A DNA stretch of 64,000 bases. It comes from an uncultured Draconibacterium sp. GTDB taxonomy: Bacteria > Bacteroidota > Bacteroidia > Bacteroidales > Prolixibacteraceae. This document shows, in pieces, positions 59,765 to 64,000 of the stretch. The notes beneath the pieces were generated by a model that saw only the letters and a program-made list of their open reading frames with translations, was not told the origin of the DNA and ran no database searches. Each line of letters opens with the position of its first letter. Positions within the stretch are counted from its first letter, which is position 1. The translations under genes were made by a program, and so were the position numbers. Location: contig CAXXPP010000004.1 in the NCBI GenBank assembly GCA_963677235.2, positions 1,505,888 to 1,569,887 on the forward strand. The letters are read 5' to 3'.

Positions 59765-62224
59765 TCACTTAATGGCAATCTGAATGTCAAAATCTTCCAG
59801 CAGGTTTGATTTGGCATTAACAGTTACAGTTCCTTCATAACCCAGTGGCCTTAATACAAGCAAGCATTTCCCGCGATACGTCATACAACTATCAGCCTGA
59901 AAACTTTTCATTTGGGTTGGATTTCCGTTACCGACTGCAGCTGTCGTTGCCGCACCTTTAACCTCAAAATGTATTAGCCGATCGTTGGTCATTACCAATT
60001 GGTCATCATTATCCATCAAACTGACCTCCATAAAAACCAAGTCATTTATATTTCTCGTTATGATTTCCCGGTCCGGCTTAATTTTAATTTTGGTGGCAGG
60101 ACCCGTTGTTCTGATTGATTTTTCATTAAGTATGTCTCCTTCCACATAGGCAATTACCTTTAATTCTCCACTCTTGTACGGAACCTCAAACTGAAAAATA
60201 CATTTTGAAGTATCTGTCTTCAATTGACTAGCACATAAATCTCCATTTAAAAACAGATCAATTCTATCAGCTTGTGAATAAACATAAATATTTAGAGACT
60301 TTCCTTCATACCCTTCCCAGTTCCAGGATGGCAACTCATTGCGCCATCCCCATTTGCTGATCTTCCAAGAATGCCCTTCAGGAGAAGGCTCTTCAACCGC
60401 GATCTCCAATTTACTTCTCCCCCATACCACATCGCGATAATATGATTGAGGCTTTTTTCGACCTATCAAATCAATATCTCCACAATAAGCGTTAAACCAT
60501 GGATACTCCATTTGAATAGAATCTAATGAGGGTTGTCCAAGACCTGCTTCCCCTAAGTAATCCATTCCAGTCCAAACAAAATCTCCAATTACATAGGGCT
60601 TTTCAATAGCCATCTTGTAATTATCATACATTTCCATCGGGAAAGATTCTGTTCCAATTATTATCCGATCGGGATAACTGTCATGATCACTTTCGTACTC
60701 CTGCAGTTTATAATTGTAGCCATGAATATCCATTAGCTCAAAAGCAGGTTCGGTATCCGACCATGGACGATTATCAGGAAAATCCCAAAATCCGCAAATA
60801 GCTTGTGTGACAGGTCGGGTTGTATCTATTTCTTTAATTGCCGATATTAGATTTTTAGCCATATGAATTCCCGATGAATCTGCACGCTCATGAATTTCAT
60901 TCCCATAACTCCAGGCAAATACCGAAGGATGGTTTCGATCACGCATCACCATGCTCTGGATATCTTTCTTTGACCACTCTTTAAAATAACGATGATAATC
61001 GTTGGGCTTTTTCGGATGTTCCCAACGATCGAATGCTTCGTCGAGAACTAACATCCCGATACTGTCACAGGCATCTAAAAATTGTTGTGATGGAGGATTA
61101 TGACTGGTCCGGATCGCATTGAAGCCATTGGCTTTCATTAGCTCTATCTTCCGCTGCTCTGCCCGATCATAAGTTGCCGCCCCCAGAATCCCATTGTCGT
61201 GATGAAGACAAGCTCCTTTTAAAATCATCGGTTCTCCATTTAGAAGGAAACCTTTATCCGGGCTGAAATCCATTGTCCGAATGCCAAAACGGGTTTCAAC
61301 TACATCAACGATACTGTCATCCTGAAGAATCTCTGTTTTTAACATGTAAAGTTTCGGTTGATCCGGAGACCACGGGATGGGTTTTTTAATTTCAAAGCTT
61401 CTTTGTATTGCTAAATTTTTGTCATCGGAACTTATTTCCCTCTGCAGTTCAGCCAGCGTAATTCCTTCTGCATCTACAACCTCTTGGCGAAAAACAAATG
61501 CTTCTTCCTCGTTTCCTTGGTTTTGAATTGATGTTTTAACATCAATTTTTGCAGAATTTTTATCTAAATCAACCGTTTTTACTGAAATCCCAAAAAACGG
61601 AATATTCAAAGGATCTGTTACTCGAAGCCAAATATGTCGATAAATACCAGAACCGGAATACCACCGGCTGTTTTCACCAATGTTTCGTGCCTTGACAACT
61701 AAAACATTTTCTTTTCCGGGAGCATTTAGATATTCCGATATCTTATAGTAAAAAGGAGTATATCCGTTTGGATGGAAACCTAAATGATGCCCGTTAATCC
61801 AGACATCTGACTCCATATAAACACCATCAAAATATATCGTAAAAATTTTTCCATAATCAGCAGGAGCAACTGAGAATTTCTTTCTGTAGACACCGGTCCC
61901 ACCAACAGTGAATCCGGTTGATATTCCTCCCTGACTCCTTTCTGAAAACGGGCCTATCACACCTTCTCCTGCTGGTAAATCTTCAATGCTCCAGTCATGC
62001 GGTAAATTAATCTTTCTCCAGGAACTATCATCAAAGCCGGGTAAAAACGCGTCCTCACTTTCTGTTTTGGAAAAACGCCACCCTTCGTCAAAAAGCCTCA
62101 TACGAGAACTATTTTCGGGAGCAACAAATACGACCCGCTCTGTACTGAGCTCCACTTTATTTGTTACACATGAAGTATGAGGCAGAATAAGAAAAAAATA
62201 GATGACACCCCGAAGTAGTTTCAT
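59765..62224 (-). CDS. Glycoside hydrolase family 2
   Basis: LPHDWSI, SRWYSGSGIYR, NAIRTSHNP, RDRNHPS..WSYGNE, WTGMDYLGE. Confidence 0.92.
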   Translation of the reverse strand: MKLLRGVIYFFLILPHTSCVTNKVELSTERVVFVAPENSSRMRLFDEGWRFSKTESEDAFLPGFDDSSWRKINLPHDWSIEDLPAGEGVIGPFSERSQGGISTGFTVGGTGVYRKKFSVAPADYGKIFTIYFDGVYMESDVWINGHHLGFHPNGYTPFYYKISEYLNAPGKENVLVVKARNIGENSRWYSGSGIYRHIWLRVTDPLNIPFFGISVKTVDLDKNSAKIDVKTSIQNQGNEEEAFVFRQEVVDAEGITLAELQREISSDDKNLAIQRSFEIKKPIPWSPDQPKLYMLKTEILQDDSIVDVVETRFGIRTMDFSPDKGFLLNGEPMILKGACLHHDNGILGAATYDRAEQRKIELMKANGFNAIRTSHNPPSQQFLDACDSIGMLVLDEAFDRWEHPKKPNDYHRYFKEWSKKDIQSMVMRDRNHPSVFAWSYGNEIHERADSSGIHMAKNLISAIKEIDTTRPVTQAICGFWDFPDNRPWSDTEPAFELMDIHGYNYKLQEYESDHDSYPDRIIIGTESFPMEMYDNYKMAIEKPYVIGDFVWTGMDYLGEAGLGQPSLDSIQMEYPWFNAYCGDIDLIGRKKPQSYYRDVVWGRSKLEIAVEEPSPEGHSWKISKWGWRNELPSWNWEGYEGKSLNIYVYSQADRIDLFLNGDLCASQLKTDTSKCIFQFEVPYKSGELKVIAYVEGDILNEKSIRTTGPATKIKIKPDREIITRNINDLVFMEVSLMDNDDQLVMTNDRLIHFEVKGAATTAAVGNGNPTQMKSFQADSCMTYRGKCLLVLRPLGYEGTVTVNAKSNLLEDFDIQIAIK

Positions 62225-62252
62225 AGCTGGGCAATATTTGAATAAAAATATA

Positions 62253-63986
62253 TTAATCTATAAATTTGATTAGCTCACTTTCTCCAACTCCATTTTCATT
62301 GAATGGCTCAATCTTAAAATAATAAGACAGGTTTGTATTCAAGCTATTAATTGTAACAGTCGTATCATCGTATACCTGGTAATTATGGTATAATTTTTCC
62401 ATGTCAGTACCATAAATAACGTTGTATCCTTCTGCATCTTGAGCTTTACCCCATTTTAATGCTACACTCCTTCTGTCCATTTTTCGCTCTATTTCGACGT
62501 GAGAAACCTCTTTGGGTTTATCTCCTTTTCCAATTCCAAAAACCCGAAAACCAGAAATTGAAAAAGTTCCATCAGGAACTTCAATATTTCGAATCCGCAG
62601 GTAACGGCAATTTTCTTTTTGAGGTAATTGAAAATAAGGATGGCTGCGATCATTTTGGTTTTGTGATTGATCGAATAGAATTTGCCAATTACTGTTATCA
62701 AGAGAATAATCGATAATATACCGATGATAAACGCTATCGGGCCGATCGTAAATTTTGGTATCATGTTCAGCAAAGTTGATTTGAATCGCGTAAACATCGC
62801 AATTCGTCCCCAGATCAATCACAGCCCATTCTTTATCAGTGCCCGTTTTAGCTGACCAATAAGTTCTGATATCTTCATTCACCATATTTGAAGCAAGATG
62901 TGAATCAATTTCCGATGAAACTATTACACGTTTGTTATAAGAAAGCAGCATCCATACTGGAAAGACGTCGTCGAATGACTCGATCTTTTTACTTGGAATT
63001 TGAATGGGGTAATCTCCAAATTTAGTTGTTGAAAACAGCTCTCCATCTTGATCAAAAAATGTTGGAAAAAGACCTATACGCCTTTCAAATGGATGTTTTA
63101 CCGAAACGCTCATTGTTCCAACATGCCAGTAATTTCCGTATTGATCTTTGAATGTGCTTCCATGACCTGCCCCTGCAGCAAAACCTTCCGGCTTATACGC
63201 AAACGGATTATGTTTCGCGATTTCATAGGGACCGAGAGGTGAGTCAGCGACATATACCCCATCCGAATAACTTTTAAATTCGGTTCCGGGTCCTGAATAT
63301 TGTAAATAATATTTTCCCCGGAATTTGTTAACCCATGCACCTTCAATCCATGGATGATTATTAATCCGATCATTATAATCTCCCGGAACTTCCCAACCAT
63401 ACTCGTCTGTTTTAGCCAGAATAATCTCGACTGGACGCCCAATCGCATCAAAATTGTTCTCATAATCCAATTCAATTCCCTTAATTGGAAGTTTGTGCGA
63501 ACATCCCCAATAGAGGTATAAACGTTTATCATCATCTAAAAAGAAAGCCGGATCCCAGACAGCAATATCCAGGGAATCCTTTACGATCTCCCATTTACCA
63601 GACAATGGGTCGCCAGATTTGTATATTGTACTTTGGGTCCACGAAGAAGCCAGGAAATACAGTGTATCATTAATCTCAACTGCAGTTGGCGCATATTCTT
63701 CCGTTGGTATCTGATCTGTTTCTACAAAAATCCACTCAACCAAATCCTTTGAATGCCAATAGCCGCCTGACTTTGAAGCAAACAAATAATACCGATCCCT
63801 AAAATAAACGACAGTCGGATCTGCGGCCTCTCGCCTTGAGGGGGCTTCCAATTGAAAACGATAATCCAAATTCAATGGATTAGCATAAGTTTTGATTTTT
63901 TCACCGTTCTCATTTTCCTGCATTTTACAGGCTGACGTAAAAACGATATAAAACAAAAGGACTATGATTGAGATATTTTTGCTCAT
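62253..63986 (-). CDS. GH43 family lipoprotein with F5/8 (CBM32) and FN3 domains
   Basis: REAADP, WDPAFF.DDD, WIEGAW, GAGHGS, DIRTYWSA, IDLG. Confidence 0.88.
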   Translation of the reverse strand: MSKNISIIVLLFYIVFTSACKMQENENGEKIKTYANPLNLDYRFQLEAPSRREAADPTVVYFRDRYYLFASKSGGYWHSKDLVEWIFVETDQIPTEEYAPTAVEINDTLYFLASSWTQSTIYKSGDPLSGKWEIVKDSLDIAVWDPAFFLDDDKRLYLYWGCSHKLPIKGIELDYENNFDAIGRPVEIILAKTDEYGWEVPGDYNDRINNHPWIEGAWVNKFRGKYYLQYSGPGTEFKSYSDGVYVADSPLGPYEIAKHNPFAYKPEGFAAGAGHGSTFKDQYGNYWHVGTMSVSVKHPFERRIGLFPTFFDQDGELFSTTKFGDYPIQIPSKKIESFDDVFPVWMLLSYNKRVIVSSEIDSHLASNMVNEDIRTYWSAKTGTDKEWAVIDLGTNCDVYAIQINFAEHDTKIYDRPDSVYHRYIIDYSLDNSNWQILFDQSQNQNDRSHPYFQLPQKENCRYLRIRNIEVPDGTFSISGFRVFGIGKGDKPKEVSHVEIERKMDRRSVALKWGKAQDAEGYNVIYGTDMEKLYHNYQVYDDTTVTINSLNTNLSYYFKIEPFNENGVGESELIKFID

Positions 63987-64000
63987 TTTTTTAATATAGG

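Noticed and set aside
20741-63673. Numerous short antisense or nested ORFs in the track (e.g. 30716-31123, 38441-38941, 45168-45584)
   Set aside because: They overlap well-supported genes and have no recognisable motifs.

Overview
The window looks like Bacteroidota DNA (SusC/SusD, FecR/ECF pair, TAnnTTTG promoters; a Prolixibacteraceae-like host is an inference). Positions ~2.4-18.4 kb hold an integron-like gene-cassette array. Twelve minus-strand cassettes are separated by 12 GC-rich hairpin sites from four sequence families; eleven sites are exactly 131 bp and one is 191 bp. The array is headed by an attI-like junction and a co-oriented tyrosine recombinase that lacks the IntI-specific insertion and seems to lack the core-binding domain. 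It lies downstream of tRNA-Pro(CGG). The two ends of each cassette are reverse-complementary and co-vary, and one mazEF cassette is duplicated together with its downstream site. Cargo comprises toxin-antitoxin pairs, PARIS-like, Abi and PIN-like defence candidates, lipoproteins, ApbE and one ORF-less cassette. The distal end is interrupted by adjacent IS481 and IS110 elements, the latter with a bridge-RNA-like leader. The rest is chromosomal: a NifB/NifX-MinD/4Fe-4S-MBL operon, hydrolases, a histidine kinase, an arsenic/organoarsenical cluster interrupted by IS200, an ECF-FecR-SusC(frameshifted)-SusD locus, and a GH43-GH2-FAD oxidoreductase-glycyl radical enzyme-activase cluster. All calls come from reading the sequence by eye; no searches were run.
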